The notes beneath the pieces were generated by a model. The model was not told the DNA's origin and ran no database searches. It saw only the letters and a program-made list of their open reading frames with translations. Below are positions 29,766 through 40,184 of a DNA stretch of 64,000 nt, piece after piece. The stretch comes from Terriglobia bacterium (lineage in GTDB: Bacteria; Acidobacteriota; Terriglobia; 20CM-2-55-15), in contig CBDAOY010000009.1 of the NCBI GenBank assembly GCA_965198225.1, positions 480,001-544,000 of the forward strand, written 5' to 3'. How positions within the stretch are numbered: position 1 is the stretch's first letter; every line of letters starts with the position of its first letter. The translations under genes and the position numbers were made by a program.

Positions 29766-31307
29766 CTAGACCACTTGCGGGAAGTCCAGCAGGGTGTTCG
29801 TTGTCTCGATAGATCGCCGCCGCGCCTCTTCCAGTGCCGGTGCCGCGTCGATCATCACGTCGACGAGTTCCGGGTCGAACTGCTTCCCCGAAGACTTTCG
29901 CAACTCCTCTACGGCGCGCTCTGTCGAGAGGCCTCGCTGGTATGGGCGGTTGCTCGTCATCGCGTCGAAGGTGTCTGCAACGAGGATGAGTCGCGCCTCC
30001 ATCGGGATCTTGTCGCCTTTCAGCCCGTCCGGATATCCCTCGCCGTCGAAGTGTTCGTGATGGTGGCGGATCGAAGACTCCAGGTTGAATCCATAAAGAG
30101 TGCGGACGATACGGCTGCCGATGACCGGGTGTGCCTGGATCTGACGCCGTTCTTCGTCGTTCAAAGATCCTGGCTTGCAGAGAACCGCCGACGGTACACC
30201 GATTTTACCGATATCGTGGAGGATCGATCCGACCTTCAGGCCGAACATTTCTTCGTCGTTGAACCCGCCGACCTGGCCCGCCAGAAGCTCCGCGTAGCGG
30301 TCCACGCGATCGCAATGCCCGGCGGTGTAGGCATCCTTGGCTTCGAGCGAACGCGCATGGGCCTGGATCGATGAAATGAACATGCTGCGTAGTTGCTCCT
30401 GATGCCGGCGCACCATGTAATGTTCCTTCAGGTAACTGTCGAGGCGGTTCCGGAACAGCTTGAAGACCCAGCGATGGCGATCGAGCCCGCGTTCGTCTCC
30501 GTGGTCGTAGCCGACGTAGAGGAAGGCGACGTAGGAATCGTGGCGGAGCGGCCAGCACCGTGCCCAGCGATTCTGCGTCTGCAGGTACCAGTTTCGCGGC
30601 AGCTCCTTGAGCGTTGACGAATCCTGGATGACGGCCGTCGACAGGTCGGAAGACACCGACAACAGAGCTTTGCTGGCGTCTCGCCCGAGGCGGTCGCGCT
30701 CGACGAGCATCTGAAATGAATCACCTTCCAGAACGTATACGCCGAACGTATCTGGACGGAGGTGCGACATGGCGTAGTCGGCGAAATCGCCGAGGCTGCT
30801 CGAGATTTCCCGCAGTGGAAAGGAATGCCGCCCGAGGCCGTGGAGTTCGATCAGGATCTGGTTGGTGCCGGTGATTTCCGAGTCCCGTTCTTCCAGGGTC
30901 TGTTCCAAACGTTGCCGGTAGTCCTGGTGGTCACGGAAAACCCGTCGTCGCTCGAGTGCGCGCGTCAGCACGCTGTCCAGCTCCCGGAGCGTATAGGGTT
31001 TGCTGAGGAAATCGAAAGCGCCGGCGCGCATGGCGGCCAGAATCTGAGATTCCGTAGTGAACCCTGTCAGCAGGACGGTCACGATCGTGGGATCGAACTC
31101 CACGATCCGTCGCACGAGCTCGAGCCCGTTCATCCCGGGCATCCGGATGTCGGACACGACCAGGTCGTATGGGTCCGCACCCTCCAGTATGTCGAAAGCA
31201 GCGCGGGCGTCTTGGGCTGTTTCGATCGAAAAGCCCTTAGCTTCCAGAACCTCGCTCAGGAAGCCACGCGAGTCGGCATCGTCTTCGACGATCAGTATCC
31301 GCACCAT
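29766..31307 (-). CDS. response regulator with HD-GYP phosphodiesterase domain
   Basis: N-terminal REC; KDAYTAGH, HDIGKIG, HHEHFDGEGYP, ADTFDAMTS.RPY. Confidence 0.92.
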   Translation of the reverse strand: MVRILIVEDDADSRGFLSEVLEAKGFSIETAQDARAAFDILEGADPYDLVVSDIRMPGMNGLELVRRIVEFDPTIVTVLLTGFTTESQILAAMRAGAFDFLSKPYTLRELDSVLTRALERRRVFRDHQDYRQRLEQTLEERDSEITGTNQILIELHGLGRHSFPLREISSSLGDFADYAMSHLRPDTFGVYVLEGDSFQMLVERDRLGRDASKALLSVSSDLSTAVIQDSSTLKELPRNWYLQTQNRWARCWPLRHDSYVAFLYVGYDHGDERGLDRHRWVFKLFRNRLDSYLKEHYMVRRHQEQLRSMFISSIQAHARSLEAKDAYTAGHCDRVDRYAELLAGQVGGFNDEEMFGLKVGSILHDIGKIGVPSAVLCKPGSLNDEERRQIQAHPVIGSRIVRTLYGFNLESSIRHHHEHFDGEGYPDGLKGDKIPMEARLILVADTFDAMTSNRPYQRGLSTERAVEELRKSSGKQFDPELVDVMIDAAPALEEARRRSIETTNTLLDFPQVV

Positions 31308-31498
31308 ATCGGTGTTATCGGATGCGTGTGATGAGAAGATTAGCCACAGACGGCACGGACGAATTCAGCCACGGATTGAAGGGAGGAATCCAGCCACGGA
31401 TTGCACGGATTCAGCGGATTAAAGAGATCTTTCGGACAGCATGACCACTGATTCAGTCCTATCCGTGTAATCTGTGTAATCCGTGGCTTTCTTACGCC

Positions 31499-32923
31499 TT
31501 AGCCGGCGACGGCCGGCATCTTCTTAAGTTCGGCCGGGGTTTGATCCAGACCGATCCGTTTGATCTTTTCGATCAGCGTTGTCCGCTTCAGATTCAGCAA
31601 CTTCGCTGCAAGCTTCTTGTTTCCGCCGGTCTTTCGCAGACTCTGGAGGATCAACTCGCGCTCCATGCCCGATACGACGCTCTGGAAATTGATCCCTTCG
31701 TCGGGGATTTCGATCATCGGGGGCAGATTGGCACCCGAGCGGCTCTGTATCTCAGGGGGCAGGTCGAGGGCGACGATCGTCGGGCGAGGCCCGGTCAGCG
31801 CCACCATACGCTCCACGATGTTTTCCAACTGGCGAACGTTTCCGGGCCAGTCGAACGACATCAGGGCCTTGATGACTTCCGGGGCGATCGTCTTGGATTC
31901 CAAGGCATGGGTTTCTGTGAATTGTTTGAGGAAGCGCTGAATCATCAGCGGAATGTCCTCCCGACGCTCCCTCAGGGGCGGCAGGTCGACCGGGATCACG
32001 TTCAATCGGTAGAACAGGTCTTCTCGGAATGTACCCTCACGGACCATTTCCTCTAGGTTGGCACTCGTAGCCGCGACGATCCGGACATCGATCTTGATCG
32101 TCGAGTTGCCGCCAACCCTCTCGAATTCCCGCTCCTGGAGGACCCGCAGCAGCTTGATTTGCAGCGTCTGCGGCATGTTCCCGATTTCGTCCAGGAACAG
32201 GGTGCCTCCGTTGGCCTGCTCGAATCGCCCGATCCGCGTCTGGATCGCACCGGTGAAAGCGCCCTTGACGTGACCGAAAAGTTCTGATTCTAAAAGCGTT
32301 TCCGGGATTGCGCCACAATTGATACTGACTAGTTTCTGGTCGCGGCGAGGGCTGTTGAAATGGATGGCCCTGGCGATCAATTCCTTGCCCGTGCCGGTTT
32401 CACCCTGGATCAGGACGGTGGTGTTCAAGCCGGCAACGGTCTCGATCAATTCGAAGATCTCTTTCATCGGCCGGCCGGTGCCGACCATATTGTCGAACGA
32501 GTACTTTTCCTTCAACTGGCGGCGCAGGTACTGGTTTTCGAAACGTAACTGCCTTTGACGCAGTCCTTTACGTACCCGCAAGGGAAGTTCGATGAGCTTG
32601 AACGGTTTGGTCAGGTAGTCGTGCGCACCCTTCTTGATGGCCTGGACGGCGGTCTCGATGGATGCGTGGCCGGTGATCACCAGGCCGATCGTCTCTGGAT
32701 ACTTGGCGAGAGCTTCGTCGAGGAGTTCGACGCCGTTCCTGCCGGGTAGCATAAGATCAGTGATTAGTACGTCGTATGGGACTTGCGCCAGTTTTTCGGC
32801 CGCCTCCTCGGCCGATCCCGCAGAATCGACCTCGAACCCATCAAGCGTCAAGATTTCGACTATGGCTTGACGAAGCTCCGCTTCGTCATCGACCACAAGT
32901 ATCTGAATATTCGATACTTCCAT
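31499..32923 (-). CDS. sigma54-dependent response regulator (REC-AAA+-Fis HTH), FleQ/FlrA-like by position
   Basis: GETGTGKE, GAFTGA, FLDEI, WPGNVRQL, LNLKRTTLIEK. Confidence 0.9.
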   Translation of the reverse strand: MEVSNIQILVVDDEAELRQAIVEILTLDGFEVDSAGSAEEAAEKLAQVPYDVLITDLMLPGRNGVELLDEALAKYPETIGLVITGHASIETAVQAIKKGAHDYLTKPFKLIELPLRVRKGLRQRQLRFENQYLRRQLKEKYSFDNMVGTGRPMKEIFELIETVAGLNTTVLIQGETGTGKELIARAIHFNSPRRDQKLVSINCGAIPETLLESELFGHVKGAFTGAIQTRIGRFEQANGGTLFLDEIGNMPQTLQIKLLRVLQEREFERVGGNSTIKIDVRIVAATSANLEEMVREGTFREDLFYRLNVIPVDLPPLRERREDIPLMIQRFLKQFTETHALESKTIAPEVIKALMSFDWPGNVRQLENIVERMVALTGPRPTIVALDLPPEIQSRSGANLPPMIEIPDEGINFQSVVSGMERELILQSLRKTGGNKKLAAKLLNLKRTTLIEKIKRIGLDQTPAELKKMPAVAG

Positions 32924-33014
32924 ATCTATAGCGCCTCCTGCGTCAAATATTTGAACCGATTATAGGAACAGTGACATAAAGTTTTCAACAGAATATGCCG
33001 AAGAAAAGAGACGT

Positions 33015-33572
33015 ATGCGCCCATTGAGTGAATTCCGACCGGAAAAGACCCGGATGCTGATCGTCGACGACGATGCCGACCTCCGCGTAACCCTCGCCGA
33101 CTACTTCGAAAGCAGGGGGTTCAATGTCGTGTCAGCACGTTGTGGAGCCGATGCCGTCGAACTGCTGGCCTCTCGCAGTACGCAGTTCGATATTGTCCTG
33201 ACCGATCTGGTGATGCCGGGGGTCGACGGGCTCGCCGTGCTGAAAGCGGCAAAGCAAGTCAACCCCCTGGTGCACGTTGTCGTCATGACTGGGTATTCGT
33301 CCTTGAAAACGGCAATCGAGTCCATTCGTTGCGGCGCGTTCGATTATCTGGCCAAACCGTTCGAGCTGGTCGAGATCGAGATCGTTGTCAATCGGATCAT
33401 CGAACACCAGCTTCTCGCGGCCGAAAACCAGCGGCTCAGCCGCAAGCTTTCCGTGCTCTCCGAACGGGCTCGCTCCGTCGAATCCCGTCTGGATGCAATC
33501 GAAACTTCACTAAGCAGGCTCATTGCCATTCTTGACAAGAGCGACAAAACGTTGACACAGTTGAAGATTTGA
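33015..33572 (+). CDS. response regulator (receiver plus coiled-coil tail)
   Basis: IVDDD, TDLVMP, MTGY, YLAKPF. Confidence 0.85.
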   Translation: MRPLSEFRPEKTRMLIVDDDADLRVTLADYFESRGFNVVSARCGADAVELLASRSTQFDIVLTDLVMPGVDGLAVLKAAKQVNPLVHVVVMTGYSSLKTAIESIRCGAFDYLAKPFELVEIEIVVNRIIEHQLLAAENQRLSRKLSVLSERARSVESRLDAIETSLSRLIAILDKSDKTLTQLKI

Positions 33573-33777
33573 CACCTTAGCCACCTTTTTGGCCTGTCAA
33601 CATCCTGTCATCCAGCCACGGGGGTCATGTCAACTGGCTGACTTTTTCCGCGCTTTCCGGCGGTTCCGCCACTGACTTCGGAAGTCGTCTGAGCTAGGAA
33701 AAAGTTGCCTCAAGCGCCTGATCTGCCTACCCGAAGGTGACTGGTTCAGATCCGCCGGCCCTTTGCCTGCCGCCCTC

Positions 33778-33794
33778 TTGGCACGCAAGCTGCA
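33778..33794 (+). promoter_or_regulatory. sigma54 promoter of the kinase/regulator-flgB operon
   Basis: TTGGCACGCAAGCTGCA (GG-N10-GC). Confidence 0.75.
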
Positions 33795-33806
33795 ATAGTC
33801 GCCGGC

Positions 33807-34694
33807 ATGACGGATCGACGCAGTGAGGCTTCCTCCGCACACCTGAAAGGCCTCGAAGATCTCATCGACAAGTTTCAGGAGACGTCGCACTCCCTGGAGC
33901 GGTCCTACAGTCAACTCCAGGATCGGGTGCGTACGCTGTCCGCCGAACTCGACGAGGAACGCGAGCAGCGGATCCGCTTCGAGCGCCTGGCCGCGATGGG
34001 AGAGCTGGCGATGGAGCTCGCGCACGAGATTCGGAATCCGCTGGGCAGCATCGAACTCTACGCGTCCATGATCCAGGGTCCTCACGCCGAACAGATCGTC
34101 CGAGGCGTTCAGCTCCTCAACCATTCCGTCACCAACATCCTACAGTTCGGACAACCGATCCATCCGAAGCCGGAGGAAATCGTGGTCGACGACCTCGTCG
34201 AGGGCGTTCGGGACTTTCTAGGTCCCCTCGCAGACCAGAAGGGAATTCGGATCTCGTCAAGAGTTGAGGCAGGCTGCAGGGGCGTAGGAGACTACGAGTT
34301 GCTCCACCGGATGCTGCTGAACCTGGTGTTGAACGCACTGCGAGAGACCCCCAGTGGGGGATCCATTCGACTCGAGGCGGAGCACCTTTCAGGCCACTTC
34401 AGGCTCGTTGTCGAAGACGACGGTCCGGGGATTCCGCCCGAGATCGTGGCAAAGATTTTCGATCCGATGTTCTCTGCCAGTAAGAGTGGTCGCGGGCTGG
34501 GTCTGCCGATCGTGAAGCGCATCGTCGAAGCGCATCTGGGTAGCATTTCGGTGGAATCCTCGGATCGGGGCACGCGATTCGAGATCTGTCTCAAGACCCC
34601 GCGAACCGGGACGTCCCGCGTCAAACGAAAACACTATCGTCCCCAGCATCGGGTGACGCCGACCGCGACGGCGGCAAGAGGCGCGGCGGTTTGA
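33807..34694 (+). CDS. cytoplasmic sensor histidine kinase, FleS/FlrB-like
   Basis: AHEIRNPL H-box, N box, DDGPGI, GRGLGL; no TM segments. Confidence 0.88.
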   Translation: MTDRRSEASSAHLKGLEDLIDKFQETSHSLERSYSQLQDRVRTLSAELDEEREQRIRFERLAAMGELAMELAHEIRNPLGSIELYASMIQGPHAEQIVRGVQLLNHSVTNILQFGQPIHPKPEEIVVDDLVEGVRDFLGPLADQKGIRISSRVEAGCRGVGDYELLHRMLLNLVLNALRETPSGGSIRLEAEHLSGHFRLVVEDDGPGIPPEIVAKIFDPMFSASKSGRGLGLPIVKRIVEAHLGSISVESSDRGTRFEICLKTPRTGTSRVKRKHYRPQHRVTPTATAARGAAV

Positions 34695-34710
34695 AGAGCA
34701 GGAGGTTCCA

Positions 34711-36018
34711 GTGAGTCGGTTGATGGTTGTTGATGATGACATTCAAATGCTGTCGGCGTTGGAAGCTGCTCTCATTAGCCGCGGACACGAGGTGGAAAAG
34801 GCTTCGAACGGCATCGATGCGGTCCAGAAGCTCAAAGCCCGGTTGCCCCGGGCTATCATCACGGATCTACGGATGCCGGCGATGGACGGCCTCGAGCTGC
34901 TCGAACACGTCCGCCGAACGAGCCCCGACCTCCCCGTAATCCTGCTCTCCGCATACGGAAGCGTCCCCACCGCCGTGGATGCCATGCGGAACGGCGCGAT
35001 GGATTTTCTTGTGAAACCGTTCTCACAGGAGGCGCTCGATCGAGTGCTGGCGCGGCTTCCAAAGACTAACACCCAACCGGCGCTCCCGAAGAAGACCGAG
35101 ATCATCAGCGAGAACCGCCACATGAAAAAACTGCTTGCTGATGCCGCCCAAGCGGCCCGGACGGACGCGACGGTCCTGGTTCAGGCCGAGAGCGGAACTG
35201 GCAAGGAACTGTTGGCGCGCTGGATTCACGAAAGCAGCAACAGATGCAAGGGGCCGTTTGTCGCGGTTAATTGCGCCGCTCTTCCCGACAACCTCCTGGA
35301 ATCGGAACTGTTCGGATACGAAAAGGGTGCCTTCACCGGCGCCAACACTCTGAAGCTGGGTAAATTCGAACTTGCGCAGCAGGGCACGATTCTGCTCGAC
35401 GAGATCGGCGAGATGGCGCCCCTGCTCCAGGCAAAGCTTTTGCGAGTCCTCCAGGAGCAGGAAGTCGATCGGGTGGGCGGCAAGAAACCGGTTCCGATCA
35501 GCGTCAGGGTCATTGCAACCACCAACAAGGACTTGAAGAAGTTGATCAGCCGCGGCCAGTTCCGCGAAGACCTGTTCTTCAGGCTGAACGTGGTGCCGCT
35601 GCGAATCCTCCCTCTGCGGGACCGAAGGGACGACATCGCCGTCCTTACAGCGCACTTTGCCAACAAATACGGGGGCGCAACCGACCCAAGCGTCAACGAC
35701 GAATCGCTGAAGGTCCTCACCGGTTTTGGTTGGCCGGGCAACGTCCGGGAACTCGAGAACGTGATCCATCGATCCTATGCCCTGCGCGGGCGCTTGCAGA
35801 TCACGCCGGCGGATCTGTTCGACCAGGCGGTCGACACCGGAGCCGGCCTGCAACTGCAGGCCGGCTACTCGGTCAGTGAGATGGAACGAAAGCTGATTCT
35901 GGCCACGTTGGACCAAACCGACGGGAACCGCACCCACGCTGCAAAGCTGCTCGGGATATCGCTTCGGACGCTACGCAACAAGCTGAAAGAATATCGACTT
36001 GAGGAAGCAACAGCATGA
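34711..36018 (+). CDS. sigma54-dependent response regulator, FleR/FlrC-like
   Basis: REC, ESGTGKE, GAFTGA, LGISLRTLRNKL. Confidence 0.9.
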   Translation: MSRLMVVDDDIQMLSALEAALISRGHEVEKASNGIDAVQKLKARLPRAIITDLRMPAMDGLELLEHVRRTSPDLPVILLSAYGSVPTAVDAMRNGAMDFLVKPFSQEALDRVLARLPKTNTQPALPKKTEIISENRHMKKLLADAAQAARTDATVLVQAESGTGKELLARWIHESSNRCKGPFVAVNCAALPDNLLESELFGYEKGAFTGANTLKLGKFELAQQGTILLDEIGEMAPLLQAKLLRVLQEQEVDRVGGKKPVPISVRVIATTNKDLKKLISRGQFREDLFFRLNVVPLRILPLRDRRDDIAVLTAHFANKYGGATDPSVNDESLKVLTGFGWPGNVRELENVIHRSYALRGRLQITPADLFDQAVDTGAGLQLQAGYSVSEMERKLILATLDQTDGNRTHAAKLLGISLRTLRNKLKEYRLEEATA

Positions 36019-36389
36019 TCGACAGTAGCTTCATGAACTTCATCGAGAGCCAACTCTCCGTCGCTTCCAAGCGACAGCAGGTGCTGTCTGCAAACATCGC
36101 AAACGTCGACACGCCCGACTACCGGGCTCAGGACGTGACATTCGAAGAACGGCTGGAAACGCTCAACATGGTTGGCACCGCTGGCAGCCACATGACCAGT
36201 GCCGGAAAGGGCACCGGCTTTCGGATGTTCGACGTCGACACGGAGCCCAAGCCGAACGGGAACACCGTCGATCTCGACCGGGAACTGACCGAGGTAACCA
36301 AAAACGGGTTGCAGTTCGTCACCTTGATGCAGTTTCTGCAGAACAAGATGCGGACTCTTCGGTCCAGCATCACCGATGGAGGTGCTTGA
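36015..36389 (+). CDS. flgB: flagellar basal body rod protein FlgB
   Basis: NIANVDTPDYRAQD, NGNTVDLD. Confidence 0.95.
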   Translation: MIDSSFMNFIESQLSVASKRQQVLSANIANVDTPDYRAQDVTFEERLETLNMVGTAGSHMTSAGKGTGFRMFDVDTEPKPNGNTVDLDRELTEVTKNGLQFVTLMQFLQNKMRTLRSSITDGGA

Positions 36390-36817
36390 TGAGCCTACTG
36401 ACCGCGATTGACATCAATGCGAGTGGAATGTCGGCACAGCGCCAGCGGGTCGAGGTGTCCACCACGAACCTGGCCAACGCACGCACGACGCGCACGGAAG
36501 AAGGCGGCCCTTACCGCCGCCAGGACGTCGTTTTCAAAGCGACGCCGTTCGAGAAAACGCTGAATGCCGCCAGAGGTGGATGGTCCCCCAGGGGAGTCGA
36601 AGTCGTGGAGGTCGTCGACGACCCGACCGATTTCATCCGAAGCTTCGAACCGGGCCACCCGGACGCCGACGAAGAGGGGTACGTCCTGTACCCGAACGTC
36701 AGCACGATGCGGGAAATGGCCAACCTGGCCAGCGCTTCGCGCAGCTATCAGGCCAACATCTCCGCGATCAGCGTGCTCAAGACGATGATTCAACGGACTC
36801 TGGATCTCGGACGATGA
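36389..36817 (+). CDS. flgC: flagellar basal body rod protein FlgC
   Basis: NLANA.TT, GGPYRR, PGHPDAD..GYV..PNV. Confidence 0.95.
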   Translation: MSLLTAIDINASGMSAQRQRVEVSTTNLANARTTRTEEGGPYRRQDVVFKATPFEKTLNAARGGWSPRGVEVVEVVDDPTDFIRSFEPGHPDADEEGYVLYPNVSTMREMANLASASRSYQANISAISVLKTMIQRTLDLGR

Positions 36818-37104
36818 GTGATTTCAAGCTTTATAACGACCTGCAGAAGCTCGTTCAGCCCACGCCTCTGAAACAGAAGCCTTCGGAGGGCGAGTTCGGC
36901 AACTTACTCAAGGAAGCCGTCGACCAGGTGAACAAACTGGAAGAAGGGTCGAACGTGGAGCTGCAGAAGTTCTTGAACAACGAAGCCGACCTGCACTCGG
37001 TGATGATCGCCCTGGAAAAAGCCGACCTTTCCTTCCAGATGATGATGCAGGTTCGAAACAAGATCGTTCAGGCCTACCAGGAGCTCATGAGGGCTCAGGT
37101 CTAG
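36814..37104 (+). CDS. fliE: flagellar hook-basal body protein FliE
   Basis: LHSVMIALEKA, QVRNKIVQAYQELMR. Confidence 0.93.
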   Translation: MSDFKLYNDLQKLVQPTPLKQKPSEGEFGNLLKEAVDQVNKLEEGSNVELQKFLNNEADLHSVMIALEKADLSFQMMMQVRNKIVQAYQELMRAQV

Positions 37105-37165
37105 GGAACGACAACCCTCGACGGGGGAACGACGACCCGACGTACGAATCCTGACTTGCTGAACT

Positions 37166-38980
37166 ATGGCTGCACCTTCTAGCATCGATCAAATCAAAGA
37201 TTGGTTGAACAGCTACACCCTGTCGCAGAAAGTCGCGATCATCGGTTCCGCGGCATCCGTCATCGTCCTGCTCTGGACTTTGGTGTACTTCGTTAACCAG
37301 GTGGACTACCAGGTTTTGTATTCCGAGCTGGATCCATCCGATGCCCAGGACGTCGTTCAACGACTGCAGGGTATGTCGGTCGAATACCGCCTGTCCGATG
37401 ACGGCGCCACGGTGCGCGTTCCCCGCGACAAGCTGTCCGAGATTCGGATTCAGCTCGCCAGCGAAGGATTGCCCCAGTCGGGACGCATCGGTTTTGAGAT
37501 CTTCGACCGGACGAACTTCGGTCTGACGAACTTCCAGGAACAGGTGAACTTCCAGCGAGCTCTGGAAGGCGAGCTCGCGCGAAGCATCTCGACCCTGTCG
37601 GAAGTGGAAGTCGCCCGGGTTCACCTTGTCCTGTCCGCTAAATCGTTGTTCAAGTCGGACGCAGATCAGACCAAGGCATCGGTAATCCTGCGTCTCCGTC
37701 GTGGTCGGTCGCTTGCCGACTCATCCGTAAACGGGATCGTTCACATGGTGGCCAGCGCGGTCAAGGGGCTGGAGCCGGCCAAGGTGACCGTCATCGATTT
37801 CGCGGGACGGATCCTGTCGAAAAACGACGATTCCGGCCCGATGTCTGGCCGGCAGCTGGAAACACGACTGACGATCGAGTCCGAACTGGCCGAAAAGATC
37901 ACGCGCATACTGGAGCCTGTGGTCGGTGTCGGGAAAGTGCGGCCCCAGGTATCGGTGGTGATGGACTGGCAGCAGGTCGAAGAGACTGTCGAGCAGTACG
38001 ACCCCAACTCGTCCGTGATCCGATCCCAGCAGATCCGCACCGAGCGGACTCCCGGCGACAACCAGGCCATCGGCATTCCGGGTCCCCAGGGCCAACCGAT
38101 CGACCCCGCCGTAGCGCCGGGGCAGCCAGGCGAAGGGGACTACGTCAGCGAGAACGAGGTCGTCAACTACGAGGTTTCCAAGTCCGTTCGGCATGTCGTA
38201 AACCCTGTCGGGGAAATCCTGAGCATGTCGGTCGCGGTGATCCTCGACAACAAGACGACGATTGAAGTCGACGACGAGGGTGTCGCAACGCCCCTGTCGG
38301 AGCCCTGGGGGCAGCAGGAAATGACCAAGTACCGCGATCTGGTGGCCGCCACCGTCGGCTTCAACGCGAATCGCGGAGACTCGCTCATCATCGAGAACGT
38401 CTCGTTCGGCAATGAAGCGTTGCCAATCACCCCGCCCACGATGCTGGAGCAGCAGGCGCCCTTGATTCTGACGGCGCTCCGGTACCTGATCATCCCGGTC
38501 GTGTTCCTGTTCGTCTACCTGTTGTTCCTGCGACCGTTGCAGAAGACGATATTCGCCAACTGGGAGCCGCGCCCGCAGCTGGCCGCGGCGGCCGCCGCCG
38601 GTGATTTCGGCGCGACGATCCAGACACCGGTGTCGGTCCAGCAGCTTGAAGAACAACTGAATTCAGCCCCGCTGCCGACGGTTCCCGGTCAGGCCCAGGC
38701 CCTGCCGGCCCAGGTCGGTATGCCGGCTCCAGCCAGCGTTCCGGCACCTGCCGGCATCGACGCGAACAGCATCCCGTCGATCGCGTCGGCCAGGGGCCCA
38801 GAGACGAACACTATCCCGCCGATTGTGTCGGCTGACGGGACGCCGGAACGTGAGTTCCTGCCCTTGCCGACGTCCAACAAGGTGGATCTGATCCGATCGC
38901 GCGTGGTCGAACACGCCAAACGGGAACCCGAAACTGTCGCACGCCTCGTTCGCGTGTGGCTGAACGAAGACAAACAGTAG
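37166..38980 (+). CDS. fliF: flagellar M-ring protein FliF
   Basis: GFEIFD, RALEGELARSI, ARVHL, two TM segments, VRVWL end. Confidence 0.95.
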   Translation: MAAPSSIDQIKDWLNSYTLSQKVAIIGSAASVIVLLWTLVYFVNQVDYQVLYSELDPSDAQDVVQRLQGMSVEYRLSDDGATVRVPRDKLSEIRIQLASEGLPQSGRIGFEIFDRTNFGLTNFQEQVNFQRALEGELARSISTLSEVEVARVHLVLSAKSLFKSDADQTKASVILRLRRGRSLADSSVNGIVHMVASAVKGLEPAKVTVIDFAGRILSKNDDSGPMSGRQLETRLTIESELAEKITRILEPVVGVGKVRPQVSVVMDWQQVEETVEQYDPNSSVIRSQQIRTERTPGDNQAIGIPGPQGQPIDPAVAPGQPGEGDYVSENEVVNYEVSKSVRHVVNPVGEILSMSVAVILDNKTTIEVDDEGVATPLSEPWGQQEMTKYRDLVAATVGFNANRGDSLIIENVSFGNEALPITPPTMLEQQAPLILTALRYLIIPVVFLFVYLLFLRPLQKTIFANWEPRPQLAAAAAAGDFGATIQTPVSVQQLEEQLNSAPLPTVPGQAQALPAQVGMPAPASVPAPAGIDANSIPSIASARGPETNTIPPIVSADGTPEREFLPLPTSNKVDLIRSRVVEHAKREPETVARLVRVWLNEDKQ

Positions 38981-38981
38981 T

Positions 38982-39163
38982 TAAGCCCGGATTATTCATG
39001 AATTGTCTACTGCAGCGGCGGATACACTCGCAGATACGGCGTTGCGCTCGGTCGGCCTCCTCGGCGTATTGTCATATACGCCTGCGGGGGCCTCGGTCGC
39101 GCGCCTTGTCTCTGCGGCGTCTCCACCGCTTCGCGACGACAACCACGAATAACCCGGGCCTTA
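38982..39163. mobile_element. second copy of the MITE-like element, between fliF and fliG
   Basis: Near-identical to 25589-25767 with imperfect TIRs. Confidence 0.75.
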
Positions 39164-39185
39164 GGACAGAGGGCGCAGGTTAGAT

Positions 39186-40184
39186 ATGGGTGGAGACGCA
39201 CAAAAAGCCGCATCGATGTTCGTTCTGCTGGGCGAAGAAACCGCCTCCGGCGTGATGGCCCATCTGAACGAGTCCGAGATTGAACAGTTATCGAAGGAAA
39301 TCTCCAACGTCGGTCCGATCTCGGCCGACCAGGCCGAAGCGAACGCCGAAGAGCTGTACCAGATGCTCGTGGCGAACCGCTTCGTGTCCGAGGGCGGCGT
39401 GGACTACGCCAGAAAGGTCATCCTGAAGACCCTGGGCGCGGGCTCCGCCAAGCGAATCATCGACAGGTTGTCATCCAGTTATGCCAGCTACAACGCCTTC
39501 CAGTCGATCGACAAAGTCAACCCGATCCAGCTAGCGCAGTTCATCCAGCACGAACACCCGCAGACGATCTCTTTGATCCTGGCCCATCTGGGCCCCAGAG
39601 CCGCCGCGGAACTTCTGGAATCGCTGCCTGAGGACATCCAGGCCGAGGTCGCCATCCGGATGGCAAACATGGAGGAGATCTCGCCCGACGTGATCGGCGG
39701 AGTTGCTTCCGTGCTGGAGGAAAAGCTCAAACCGGTGGGCAATTACGGAGACGGAGAGGGATTCGGCGGCATCCGGGCCGTGGCGGAAATGTTCAACCGC
39801 CTCGACCGCCGGATGAGCCGGACCGTGCTCGAGCAGATCGATACGACGACCCCGGAGATTGCGAACTCCATCCGGCAGTTGATGTTCATCTTTGAAGACA
39901 TTTCGACACTCGACGACACCGCGATGCGGGAAATCCTGCAGCGCGTCGACAAGAAGACGATCGGTCAGGCGTTGAAGGGCACCATCCCGGAACTCCAGAA
40001 TCAGTTCTTCCGCAACATGTCGCAACGCGCGGTAGAGATGTTGAAGGAAGAGATGGAGATCATGGGACCGATGAAGATGCGCGATGTCCACGCCGCTCAG
40101 CAGCGCATCGTCGAAATCGTCCGACAGCTCGAGGACGAGGGTGTCATCGCCATCGGTGGAGGTTCCGACGAGTATGTCCTCTAG
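39186..40184 (+). CDS. fliG: flagellar motor switch protein FliG
   Basis: QKAA, GGVDYA, EHPQT, MFIFED, NMSQRA. Confidence 0.96.
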   Translation: MGGDAQKAASMFVLLGEETASGVMAHLNESEIEQLSKEISNVGPISADQAEANAEELYQMLVANRFVSEGGVDYARKVILKTLGAGSAKRIIDRLSSSYASYNAFQSIDKVNPIQLAQFIQHEHPQTISLILAHLGPRAAAELLESLPEDIQAEVAIRMANMEEISPDVIGGVASVLEEKLKPVGNYGDGEGFGGIRAVAEMFNRLDRRMSRTVLEQIDTTTPEIANSIRQLMFIFEDISTLDDTAMREILQRVDKKTIGQALKGTIPELQNQFFRNMSQRAVEMLKEEMEIMGPMKMRDVHAAQQRIVEIVRQLEDEGVIAIGGGSDEYVL

